DNA from: Takakia lepidozioides
Taxonomy: Eukaryota > Plantae > Bryophyta
Assembly: GCA_030704615.1 (NCBI GenBank)
Contig: CM060731.1
Coordinates: 39,184,001 to 39,248,000 of the forward strand
Direction of reading: 5' to 3'
Length of the DNA: 64,000 bases
The position numbers were made by a program, and so were the translations under genes. Positions 36,120-48,109 of the stretch are shown here, one piece after another. Below the pieces are notes generated by a model, which was not told the origin of the DNA, made no database searches, and worked only from the letters and a program-made list of their open reading frames with translations. Numbering within the stretch: the first letter of the stretch is position 1; each line of letters begins with the position of its first letter.

Positions 36120-36195
36120 AGTGCCACGTTTTCGTCGCCACGTCATCGTTACCACGTTTCGTTGTCATGTTTCATCGCCACGTTTCGTCGTCAAA
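36120..36195. repeat. Short tandem repeat (CCACGTTTCGTCG-like)
   Basis: About five degenerate ~13 bp copies just after the Helentron 3' hairpin. Confidence 0.65.
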
Positions 36196-36479
36196 TTCTT
36201 TGGAATCTGCCCGGTCTGCCCGTCCGGAAAACGCCAATAGAATTTCGCACCAAGTGTTTCGAAACTGCCCAAACTGCCCCGCGTCTTGATTTCTTGAACC
36301 GCAGTAGGGGTTTCACAGGCCGATCGCGATTCGCAGATGGAGACGTCCAGAGATTATGAGTACGCAGCAGGAGCTCTCGCAGCAGATGGTGGGACAACTG
36401 CAATCGCAAGGTGTGGCTTTTCTTAATGTACGATGTGAAGAAGTTTGTCCATCCTGCAAATGGGGGCTCTTAGTACCCT

Positions 36480-38280
36480 GATTTGGTATTCTTCCTGATG
36501 TTTACAAGGTTCGTAGGAGAATCAGCTTGGTCTTAGCAGGCCATGTTTCAATCTCTGCTTGCTCAGCTGCACCCGTGGTGGTTCTCACATACAATCGGAC
36601 ATTACCTGACTACAGACACAAGCAGCACACACAAAGGTCCTTTTGGGTTGATGGTCGGCCAAATCCTCCTTGGGTCATGACACAACGTCAAGGACAATGT
36701 GGTGAGGGCACCTTCTTCTACGACCTATTTCAGCCTGTTTTGCCCTCTCATCAGACTCGGCCCTGACTCTTTGGAATGAACACTTTTCCGACCCCAGGCA
36801 ATGGTGGGGCAATGGAGACAAAAAGGTGAATGCCTGTTGGACTACAGAGAGAAGCATATGCAATTCAGAATTGGGTTGGTCAGTGTCAGCTGCTAACAAG
36901 TCTCCATGGGTCATGAAACAAGGTCAAGGACAGTGTGGTGAGGGCACTTTCTTCTTCGACCTATTTCAGCCTGTTTTGCCCTCTCATCAGATTCGACCCT
37001 GAGATGTGGGTCCAGATTCATCCAAGAGGGCCGGATTTCAAGCTCCAGATCACCTATGATTCCCTGTGGAAGGATAGCTACAAGAAACCTGCATGGGTAG
37101 ATGGTCAACTGGAAGCCGCAACAACAGCGGTACAATTGACAAATTCAGGCACTCCTAATGAAGGCACCTTCTTCAAAACATTTCACCCTGTTTTTCCGTC
37201 TTATCACAATCGACCCTAAATTTTCATGTTGAATTCTGCAAGTTAGCTGGTTGAGTGAACCGTTGATAGTTTGGAGTGACTTTGACATGATACTGCCAAT
37301 GTGACAACAGTGAAGTATCCAGAAACAGGTAACAGAGACGAGGAGAGCTGTGGAATGAATACTTTTCTGACCCCCGTCAATGGTGGGACAATGGAGGCAA
37401 AAGATGAATGCTTGTTGGATTACAGAGAGTAGCATATTGAGGATAGGAACTAGAGTGATAAGTTGAGTTGGGTGTTTCCTCGAACAAATCTAGGCTGTCA
37501 TTGTCGGCTGATAGCAGCAAGGCAAGGATGTATGTATATTTGTGCAGAGGCATGGATAGCTAAGGAGCAGGGATAGTGTTTGGGTGGACAATAAACCTAC
37601 ATGGGTAGATGGTCAACTAAAGGCAGCAGCTGCAGCGGCACAGTTGATAGAATCAGGCACCTCAACCATGACCACAACTTCTGAAAGAGGATCAAGAGAG
37701 GGAGTCCACAATGCCTCTTCTGGCACTTCTGGGCATGTGAAGATACTTTGTGCGGCAGGCAGCCTGACAGAGGCTCTACAGACTTCAAACCAAGGAGGCA
37801 TTTCAGCAGATTCAGATACGTATGTCTGTCTCTTGCTTAAGTGCATGAAGATGGAAGGTCTGGAAGCTGGAAAGCAGGTGCACACTCACATTATCCAAAG
37901 TGGATTCACAACAAATGTTTTTCTACTCAACACCCTTGTCCAGCCTGCAAATCTTAGTTCAATCTCTGCCTGCTCAGCTGCACTGTGGTGGTTCTTACAT
38001 ACCAATTCGACATTACCTGACTACAGACACAAGCAGCACACACAAGAGGTCCTTTTGGATTGATGGTCGGCCAAATCCTCCATGGGTCATGACACAAGGT
38101 CAAGGACAATGTGGTGAGGGCACATTCTTCGACCTATTTCAGCCTGTTTTGCCCTCTCATCAGACTCAGCCCTGAGATGCATATTGAATTCTGTACGTTA
38201 GCTCGTTGGGTACCATGATTTGGTATTCTTCATGATGTTTACAAGGTTTTTGGTAGAGTAAGCTTGGTCTTAGCAGGCCG
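36480..38280 (+). pseudogene. Scrambled locus: repeated unknown C-terminal module (…WVDG…EGTFF…PVxPSxxxRP*) interleaved with a PPR N-terminus
   Basis: Module copies end at 36766, ~37000, 37219 and 38175. PPR start LCAAGSLTEALQ...GISADSDTYVCLLLKC...LEAGKQVHTHIIQSGFTTNVFLLNTLV at ~37745-37940. Block 36483-36541 is repeated at 38220-38279. Confidence 0.6.
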
Positions 38281-38284
38281 TGCC

Positions 38285-38740
38285 CTCCAAGGTCACGTTC
38301 ATTCTACTCTCAAGGCATGTGCTAGCATAGGTGCCCTGGCAAAGGGAAAACAGGTCCAAGCTGACATTTTGAAAGCTGGAATTGCACCAAATGTCATTCT
38401 AGAGACTGCCCTTGCTGCCATGTAGGCCAAGTGCGGGAGCATGAAGGAGGCCCGTCGAGTTTTCGACAATATGGCTGGACGAGATGTGGTTTCATTGTGC
38501 GATGATTGCTGCAGGATTTGCTGCAGGATATGCTCAGCAAGGGTGTGGTCACCTTGGAGACCTATGAGCAAATGATATGGGAAGGGTGGGTACTGGACCA
38601 AGTCACATTCACTTCCGTTCTCAATGCATGTGGCAGCCTGGCAGACCTGGAAAAGGGCAAAAAGATCCATGCTGGTATTATCAAAACCAGAATTGAGCCA
38701 AATATCGTCCTGGAATTTGCTCTTGCTAATATGCCACTTA
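38285..38740 (+). pseudogene. PLS-class PPR gene fragment
   Basis: VTFILLLKACASIGALAKGKQVQADILKAGIAPNVILETALAAM*AKCGSMKEARRVFDNMAGRDVVS; DQVTFTSVLNACGSLADLEKGKKIHAGIIK. Confidence 0.9.
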
Positions 38741-39823
38741 TCATACAGTGTTCGGTGAGAAACTGAGCAAGGGAATTTGATTTGTGGTGGTGATGGTGGG
38801 CAGTTCATCCTGAGACATGGAATCCCATGTGGTCCGTCTCCAGGTACCAGTTTCTGTGCTATCTGGTTTTCATTTTCTTGGATTGTAGCAAATGACTTCA
38901 TGATGGTTGTTCACAGGTTTGCTGGTCTGGCTTATCTGTATGGTTGGCAGGGCCACTGAGTTGTGTATTGTGGGTGTGTGAATGCAGCATCCTCACTGGC
39001 CTTCTTTCTTTCATGGTACATTCATGTCTCTTGGTCTGTTGCTTTAGCTTGCTGTGAACATTGCCAAATCATGAGGAGTTTGATTGATTAGCAATGTGTT
39101 TTGCTGCAAATTCTGGATACAGGCTGCATTGATTAGGGCAGGGCCCCACTTACAGTTTGACAAGCCAATAGTTAGTGCTTTATTAACTGAAACCCATAGC
39201 CTACACAAAAAGTTAGGCCCACTTGTGTCGGTGCATAACTGATGGATGCCAACCCCATTAGATTTCTATTAAAGGTCAAGTTGCGTGCAAGGTTTCTGCG
39301 CTTTCTTCTTTCATGCAAGTCCAGCTTCTTTCCTTCCAACACAGTGTGTCTTTCTTCCTGCGATTCCGGCATTGTAGATTAGTAGGGAGAGTGGACTAGC
39401 ACTTCCAAGTGAATGCCACGCCTTGGCTGAGCATATCCTGCCATCCTTGTGTTCCATGAGACCATCATCATGTTCAGCCGTATTGTGCCGGGGACCTGCT
39501 TAACCCTTCCCCGGCAACCCTCCAGTGCGCCTCCTCAGTAGCTCCTGCTCGTCCCTCGTGTTTCATCCAAGCCCCTTCTTTGTTTTTGCCAATCCATGTC
39601 TCCTCTCCCTCGCCGGTTTGTTAAATGCCCTCATTTGTCTCCATATCTTTCTTTCCTAGATCCTGTTACTGAGAGTCCTAACTGAGACTGAAACGCCTTG
39701 TAAAATGAGGAACCCAAGTCCTACCCACTCAATAGGCTGCAACACCTACCGTCACTGTGATAATGATTGATTGTATCCCTCCACGTTAAATTGGTGGATT
39801 CAATTGGGGAGCGCGATATAATA

Positions 39824-40572
39824 CAATACACCCACAACAGGCAGTGTCTCGACCAGTGCTGAGGAGAAGCAACGCTTGGCTCAGGTCTCACTTGCTTACA
39901 GTTGTAAGAGGTAGGTCCTCCCTCTCTCCCCCTTCCCTCCTGCCATTTACATGGGAAGAGGTATCCAGGTTAACTTCAGTTGGCAGAGGTGCTGACAACT
40001 GTGACCTTTTTCAATGTTTGAGGAAGGTGATGGTGAATTGAATACAAGCACCAACACTGTTTTGAACTGCCATCTAAATAGGTTGACAGTACCAACATTT
40101 AGCCAACAACTGCAAGCACAGAGAAACATAGGCAGGTTTGGTGTCTCAGAGGTATGCAGTCTTAATCCTCTGAAAGTGCAATAAAACTGATTTGAAACAA
40201 GGAACAAGTGAAGGCAAGAATAGATGGAAAGCGGACTGATCAATGATGACTGAATGACCTTTTCCCATGGCTTGCAGTGCCATATTTCGCAAGATGTTTC
40301 CAGAATATGTTGAGAAGCATTTGGAGAGGCAGAGAACAAAGGAGCAAGCTGCTGCTGGTCACCAGGAGGTGGATGATGACTTGCCCCCATTAGCTTCTTT
40401 GGTTCTACAAGTAGTGCCACCAGCTGCATCTGTTAGTGGAAGGGAGGCAGAGGTAAAAGGGTGGAAACACAACCCAACAGACAAGTTCCCATTTTGGCTA
40501 ACAGCTTTATTAGTTGCAGTCTTTGCAAGCATAATGGTATTGCCATTACTTACCCTGGATACTCATGGCTGA
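39824..40572 (+). pseudogene. Ubc6-type (UBC33/UBC34-like) E2 ubiquitin-conjugating enzyme, last two exons only
   Basis: Exon ~39824-39910 reads NTPTTGSVSTSAEEKQRLAQVSLAYSCK|GT. Exon ~40279-40572 reads AIFRKMFPEYVEKH...FWLTALLVAVFASIMVLPLL (C-terminal membrane anchor). The catalytic upstream exons were not found. Confidence 0.8.
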
Positions 40573-41692
40573 GTTCACGAGGTTCATACTCAGTTGGCTG
40601 AATCAGGATTTATGATTCTTGGGTCTTGTTCTACACCACCACAGTGTGGACACAGTGTCGTAGTGGCATAAAAAGCATACCAGGTGGTTTCCAGCATATG
40701 TTTGTGTGTGGCAATAAGGAGGAAATAGACTTTATCTGTCAGAAATTGTAGAAATACATGCACAAAGCATTGGAGAAAGTTCGTCCCATATGATGCAGTA
40801 TGTCATATGTGCTCAGATCTTTCTCATGACAGGAGTGCACGAGGTAGTTGGTGTACCAAAATGCAGTTGTTTACAAGACCCCAATGTATATGTGAATGGG
40901 GTGACATTTTTAATCACTGCTCTCAGTCATTATTTATTCCAAGCATTGTTGAAGTTTACAGGAAAAGTAGATGGTGCAGATTAAAGGCAGTCAAAAATCT
41001 TTCAACAAAGTCCACGCTTTTGCAGACAGTTCCATGAAACTCCAGACACAGGGTAAAAAGTCTCTGCACAATATGTAAGATGTCCATGCACACCATTGTC
41101 AGAAGCATCCAAAGCTGCCTTTTCTTTACTGGCCTTGTGGATGCACTTCTTCCACCAATGCTTCCTGGCTTCTTCCCACAGAAGTACTAGGGTGAGTTTT
41201 CCGTTCTCTGGCTGCCTTGCTGCCCACCTTTTCTATGTTTCTGATCTGCATCATAGATGTGGCTCAACGTTGTTTTATTGACATGCTGTTTGATCTTGCG
41301 GAGACGGCCCTGATCTCCAACAGTCTGGTGTGGCATGTAAAACATGACAATTCACTGAAGCATGGAAGTCAGCTATGCTATGGTGGCTGGCAATTTGTGG
41401 TTAGCTGTCCATCTTGGGCGGACTCCTTGATAGTAATAATATGCATGTCACTAGGGGATAGGTTAGGATAACATGTTTTAGGGAAAAGACTTGGATCACC
41501 CTGATTCATTTTGTGTGTTGTTTTGTTATAGTTATCTGGAGGTAGATATTCAATCCTCTTCAGACTACCATTGGGCGCAAAGGTGGGCTTTGTACATTTA
41601 TTGGATGTTACACTTCCTTCCATAAACGAATAAGTGGCTAGTAGTGTCACTAATGACCTCGTAAATTTCGAGATTGTTTTCAGGAATTTTCT

Positions 41693-41883
41693 CTTTGCTA
41701 CCAGAGTGAGAAGCTGGCCCTAGGACACCTCTCCGTCTCATCAAGAATCTTCGAGTGTGTGGTGACTGCCACACCTCCACCAAATTCATCTCAAAGATTG
41801 TTGGCTGAGCAATTGTTGTATGGGACGCTAACCGCTTTCACCACTTTGAAGATGGGATTTGTTCTTGTGGTGATTATTGGTGA
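41693..41883 (+). pseudogene. DYW deaminase domain remnant of a PPR RNA-editing factor
   Basis: LCYQSEKLA / [51 protein letters not shown]. Confidence 0.93.
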
Positions 41884-42749
41884 AAGGATGTATTCTTGGC
41901 AAGATGCAAGTGTCTCGCTTCATTCATTGATCTGTGTAGCTACTCAGACCATCCACCATTTCCTGAGAGTCTTGACTATCATGTACTGCCAGAGAGGGCT
42001 GGAGCAGATGAGGGTTTGACAGATTCAACAAAAATCATTAACGGAGTGTGGCTGAACACTGGGGATTCTACTGCTCACAGTCCCTGCCTGAGCTACTGAC
42101 TGTTGGGTAAGAGTTTTAATATAACTCTGAGTGTATTTAGCATAAAATATTTTGTGGAGATAAAATAAAATAAGTGAAAAAATGGATTATATTGGTAAAA
42201 TATAAAAGCACGTATCCAGTTAACCCGTTAACCCTTCACTGCTTACCAGCCTCCGATGGATCCCACTAACTTTTGCATATGACAATAATTTTCAATCTTT
42301 TTCCAAGAGCATCCTCGAGTAGGCCCTACCTCTCTCATCAAACAAGGGAAGACTCTAAACCACTTGGAGAGCTGACAATGAAATATAGGATGTATGTATG
42401 TAACACCATGGGGATGACATACCTTTTTTGGTGAAAATTGAACATTGAAATGTAGATCCTCCATTTTTCTTCCAGAAATAAACAAAACATGGGATCTTTT
42501 GCATGTAACACGGCGGGGATGACCTACCCTTTTTTGTGAAAAATTGAACGTAGTTCTCATAATTCGTCGCTAGTAGTGCGGAGCAACGCGAAGCCTTAGT
42601 TAATTCGGCGGTGACTCCCTGCATGAACTTGCTCTATCTACTGTACCAGATGTGGTAAGGAATTATGTACCAACAGTCAGTACACACCTGAAGATCCACC
42701 GTGGGGAGTATATGACACTAGTATATAAAACTAAACCAAGGAAACTTAT

Positions 42750-42960
42750 CCGCGATCTGAGATGGTTAAGTGCCACCCAGATGATTCTGGGGTCAAATCT
42801 TGCTAGTGACGGGTGTGGTATGGTTCCTACTCATTCGCCTCCATGGTGCATAAATGAAAGAGGTTATTTTCTCCTCTCACTACTAAGGGGCCATATTTGT
42901 GAGCTGGCGCTCCCAGGTGTTTCCCTTTAAAAAAATAAAAAAACAAACAAAAAAAACAAA
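42750..42960 (+). mobile_element. Putative tRNA-derived SINE
   Basis: Degenerate A-box-like (CTGAGATGG) and B-box-like (GGGTCAAATC) words about 30 nt apart, ~200 bp long, with an A-rich tail. Confidence 0.4.
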
Positions 42961-43610
42961 TTATGTGGGTTGTTAAGAGCCATGAGAACATCTGGTCAAT
43001 CATCAAATGCAGTAATTGTTCAGCCAATTATTCTAGGATTTCTCAGAGCTAAGGAAAATATTTTCCTAGAGCTTTATGCCTTGAAACATGCATTTGGAGA
43101 TTTGATATTTGGAGTTTGTTTGAGATTTTAGGCATTTTTTGTAAAGTTTCTGGAATTTCGGCAGTTTTTCCTAAATTTTCACTTTATTATTAGGCAGATT
43201 CATTTCTAATTATTTAGTGCCGGATCAACCTTCCCACTACGGTATACTTGAAGTATTTACCATTAGTATCTACCGTCTACCTTGGATCATGAGGATTGCC
43301 ACCTGGAAATTGCCACGTGAATTGATAGAATATAGTCAAGTGGAGGTCAGTGAACAGCTCGACGTGTTGACATGCGCAAGAAACAGAACACAGACACGTA
43401 CCGGGACATGTTCTTTGGCTCCCGACATTCACACTGTGGCACAGAGTAACTGAGGTAGTGATCAGTTCGTGGGTATAGTGTGGAGAATTGGAGTGCATCG
43501 CTGCTTTCCCTGCTTGATTAATCAAACAAGAGCTGGGCTGAGATCGCTATGTCGACATTGTATTCAGTCTCTCTCCTTCTCTGTCTCTCTCTATCTCTCC
43601 GAGTGTCGGA

Positions 43611-44960
43611 GATGGCGGCCACACACCTGCAATGCATTTGTCGAACAAGCTGGCAGCGCACTATGGCCTGTCTGTGACCCTGTTTTGCTCAGATGAAAGC
43701 AGCTACAGTCGCGCAATATCTCTGGTGCAGGAAGGAGTGGAAGAGCAGGTGAAGGTTGTCTACGTGGGTGGTGGTGGCATGGGTGGGGCTGATGAATACG
43801 CGCGCTGGCAATAAGGAGATGGAAGCGAAGTTCCGGCAGCTGCTAAGCTACTCTTCTCCTGCTGTGTCATTGTGGATGTTATGATTTCATCGTCGTTCGT
43901 CTCAACAGTGGCGAGCGAGCTGGGCATTCCTCGGTACAACTTTTACACATCTTGTGCAGCTGCTTTGGGTGAACAATTTTCGAGAGGTCCAAGGGGGGGG
44001 GGGGGGAGGGGGGGGGGGGGCGCGGCGGGGTCGTGGTATGGGGGTGGGCGTGGTGTCTTGGACCTCGGAGGGGGAGGGGAGGTCGGGGTAGAGGAGGTCC
44101 TCGAGGTGGTGGTTGCGATGGCCCTGGGGAAAGAGGGAGACGGCCCGAGGCCAACCGGGCCAGCAGGTTGCAGGGGTGCTCATTAACACGTTCAACAAAC
44201 TGGAGGGTGGGAAGGCGGATGAGTTGCCCACGGAAATCAAAGTATTGGGGGTGGGTCCATTGCACCCAGCTGTGTTCCTCGATGAGAATGCCTTGAAGGT
44301 TCTTCAACATGCGAGCACTGGAGAGGAAATCCACTGCTTGGAGTGGCTAGACAAGCAGTCGCCCTCATCTGTTCTTTATGTCTCTTTTGGCAGCAGGGCA
44401 TATCTGTCGGGTTGCCAAGTCAAGGAATTGGCTCAGGGGTTGGAGGCCAGCGGGCAGCGTTTGGTTGCTACCACCACCCCCAAATCAACCGGCAGACATC
44501 CCTCCCACCCAAACAGCTTCCGGATGGTTTTGAAGAGCGTACAGCAAAGCAGGGCATAATCTATCTGGCTAGGCACAACAGTTGCTGATTTTGGTACACC
44601 CTTCCACGGGTGCCTTCTTGACCCACTGTGGCTGGAATTCTACATTAGGATGTTCTTTGTTTGGGAAAGCCGATGAGGAGCCGATGCTAGCTTGGCCCCT
44701 TATGGCTGATCAATCAAATGTCTGACTTTCTGGTGCACACTGCTTGGGCTGCTGTGGAGGTTGAAAACAAAGAAGATGGATTGGTTGATAAGAGCGAGAT
44801 TGAGAGGGTAGTGGGGATTACAGTGACGAAGGAAGAGGAAGGGCATGAGTTGTGAACTAGGGGAGGTGAGATAGGAAGGAGCAAGAACGGCTGTATCATA
44901 GGAGGGTCTTCTCAAAACCACCTGGATCATTTGGTGGGGAAGATTATGTACACACAAGAG
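43611..44960 (+). pseudogene. UDP-glycosyltransferase (family 1 UGT) pseudogene, copy B with N-terminus
   Basis: HTPAMHLSNKLAAHYGLSVTLF; CVIVDV...ASELGIPRYNFYTSCAAAL; GVLINTFNKLEG; CLEWLDKQSPSSVLYVSFGS; degenerate PSPG box [17 protein letters not shown]...[11 protein letters not shown]. Many frameshifts and a G-rich insert at ~43975-44140. Confidence 0.92.
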
Positions 44961-47250
44961 CAAGAGTGAAATTGGGCATCCATCTGGAAGTTTTTTTTGG
45001 GTGGATTTTTTTTAAGGGGACAGAAGCCCTCAATTTTTATAGATACTTTTGTCCACAAAATGGGCCACTGCTTGCCCCACTTGAATCAAGAATATTGATC
45101 GCGGCTTTCTACTCTGGGAGATGCATTCACATTCTTGAATACCTGGCTGGAATTTACTGCAGGTAAAGCAAACAACGTCCACTATCAACATGTCTTCGCA
45201 TCTGCATGTCATTCTCCATATAAATGCTTTACCACGATCCACTGTGAAATGCACCCATCGATCTCATCTCTGACATGCAGGTTACCGACAAGTCTGAACT
45301 TCGTGGATGAGAATCAGGCAGTACGTACAACCCTGCATTTTCCTTCTGAAATAATAAGGAGATTGATGAGTTCTAGAACAAAGGTTACGAGTGGCACCTC
45401 TTTCCTGGCTCTTTGTAAGGTTATTTTTTTCTCACCTCATTAATAAAATTTACCAGGGCTACAATCCCCCGGTAAAAAAAAAAAAAAACAAAGAAACCCA
45501 TTCTATACCAACGGGGTCTGATAGCCCTTACTCCCTCCTCCCTAATAGCGTTCTTGGTCGTTTATGTGAGAAGAATCGAGTGGCGATACAAGCTTCGTGA
45601 AGCAATGATACACTGCCTCTCCCACATTAACAAAAACTGCTATACATGGGTTTTGACTGAATTGATTTGTATGTCAATTGTGATTTGTGCTCTCTTTGTA
45701 CTGGGGTTCACCAGATTGGTCTTCAATGCTTCCAGGACGCTTCCCCTGCCTCCAAAGCTTCGTTCTCCCTTTCCACAGGGTTGATTAAGGAAGCCTTGTT
45801 CTCCACCGCAGGGAATACTACTTGCATCTCACCCCCTCATCCTCTCCTTCTGCTTCGAGCTGATAACTGCCACGGGTATACCAAAATTGACAGAGAGCAC
45901 ATGCTTTGGGGTGGCCAGCTCTATCAGACACTTCCACAACAATTCTTGAGGCATTTGCTGCAACAAGGGTGAAAACAAGATGGTCTCATATACCAAGGCC
46001 ATGACCGGAAGAAAACACATCCCACCCCTCTTTGAAGCCCACAGGGTTGGCAGAATCCCCTCGGCCCACCTGCACTTCCCAAGACTGCCCACATTGGCCA
46101 TTCCAGGGCAAAAACTGAATTGGTTTTTAACCTAACTTATTTGGGATAGTACTCACACTGGATGGCCAAGTAAGATATGTGTCATGATTCCAAGCTAGCA
46201 CTTGAAGTTCTAGAACCTCTTTTTTGCAGGATATGTCAGGCCCCACTCTACCATTCTCTTTTCAACAATTGGGGAACTATTTCTGTGTTGCCATCCTACA
46301 CTTTCTGTGCTCAAATTATGCTCATGTGGCATGCGCAGAACTACAGTGGGTGCATCTTTGGGTCTGATCACAGTTAGCATCGACCTGTAAGCTGAATAGA
46401 TATTGTTCAATAAACCTGATCCATCTTTGTATGACCTGTGTCAAGGTGTCACTCATAATAGTGATCTAAGTCCCAAGGCAGAGACTTGTGTCTTTCCTAC
46501 TGTACTAGGCTCATGTCTGCGAGCTGACTCTTAGCAGGGTACATAACAGCACCACTTGGAGCAGCCCCCCGAAATACAGGCACAGTCGGGCCAAAGCAGG
46601 GCGATGACTATTTTTTTCTTTTTTTAATAAAGAGGGGAAGGGCCCTGGAAATATAGTAAAAAGACATGGAAAAAATAACCATGTGACTAATTTCTGAAGC
46701 TGGGAAGAGAAAATAGTTGGACCAATGGTACTATGCACGTGGTCCCCTGTTTCTTAATAATAATAATAAAAGTATGCACAAAACCTTGTTGGATTACATG
46801 GTATTTCAAAACCCGTCACTTCTTGCCAAGAGTATGGCATGTCACTTCTTGCCAAGAGTATGGCATATCACTATTCCTTTATCATTGCATGGTTAGCCAT
46901 TTTTCACAATCTACATTTCACCAAGCGTAAATTAGCTGCTGGTAGGGATCTAGCCAGTAAGTGGACGCTAACTACAGAATCTAAATTGCTCTATTACAGT
47001 TTTTAACATGCACCCAAGTTCTCAAATCTTTAGGACAATTCAACCAAGCCTATGTTTTTTTTTGGTATTTCTTAGCAACAAAGCGGCTACACTCTTTAAC
47101 AAGGGCTCAAATACCGGTAATGTTTTTTGTTCAAATAAAGCCAGCGCCATCACCATCTACATATGATTGTATTCTAAGTTGGCAAGAGTGCAACGTCGTG
47201 GAAGAAAATCCAAGTCGTGTGGGGGCGATGGTTCCTAGACCTGGGCACTA
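44140..47250 (+). repeat. Segmental duplication copy B (partner 12790-15710)
   Basis: Collinear match to copy A, including the B3 remnant at ~45070-46110 (minus). Confidence 0.95.
45384..45493 (+). mobile_element. ~100 bp poly(A)-tailed retroposon (LINE 3' end) insertion with TSD AACAAAG
   Basis: Absent from copy A, which reads TTCTAGAACAAAGAAACCC at ~14020-14040. It contains AATAAA and a poly(A) tail and is flanked by duplicated AACAAAG. Confidence 0.85.
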
Positions 47251-48109
47251 TGCTGATCAGCATCCTCTCCATACGCACATTTGAAAATGGATCTCCAAGT
47301 GTCACCATGGTCTTGGATACTTGTTACAATTGCAGCAATATCCATGCAAACTGCTTGATGAACGGCTCTATTCAAGCGCTTCTTGCCAGATGCCATGAGC
47401 CGGAGCATGCTGCGAGTCACTCCGACGCGCTCCATCTCAGCTGGGGTGATTGATTGGATGAAATCATATCATGGGGCTCCCAGCAACGGCGACCTCCCAA
47501 GCCCAAGCATCAATTTGGACCATGAGCATCCCCTAGGGCTATGCGCAACCTTACTTGAGTAGCTGTGCTGTGATGTAAACTGAAATTTTTTGGTTACTTG
47601 CTGCAACTCATCCTGAAGCTCATTAAACTTGTCATTCAGGACTTTGCTCTCCTCCTGAAGCTCATTAACCTTGTCATTTAGGACCTTGTTCTCCTCATGA
47701 AGCTCATTAGTTGTCTTTCAGGACCGTAACCTTCTTCTCAAACCAACTGACTCTCAAGGGATCCCATATTGGTTGTACTAGAAATTATGAGAGGCCCATT
47801 TGACTAAAAAACGTGAGAGGCTCATGTTGTGGCCATGGACGTACGACGAAAGAAGATCAGATAAGATGGCCATCAGAAGAGGTCTTAACAGTAGGCAACA
47901 AGTGTAAATTCGAAGCACAGAGACTAAGAGACAGAGGAAAAAACAAACATAAGGGTTTTCACTCTCTCTTCTGTTTCTAAGTGACGAATGCCCAAACCTA
48001 CACAGCCAGGTTTGGTACTAGGTTCGGAACTACCTAAGCTACGAGGATCTTCCAAAAGTGTAATATAATTCATGCAACTTGCCCTGCCTTGCTGTTTAAA
48101 CTATTAACT

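Noticed and set aside
36935-37219. DYW:KP (U-to-C editing) domain, suggested by KKPAW and the terminal RP
   Set aside because: No HxE or CxxC deaminase motifs, and the length and spacing do not fit.
43879-44334. Extensin/proline-rich protein ORF
   Set aside because: Antisense reading of a G-rich insert inside the UGT pseudogene.
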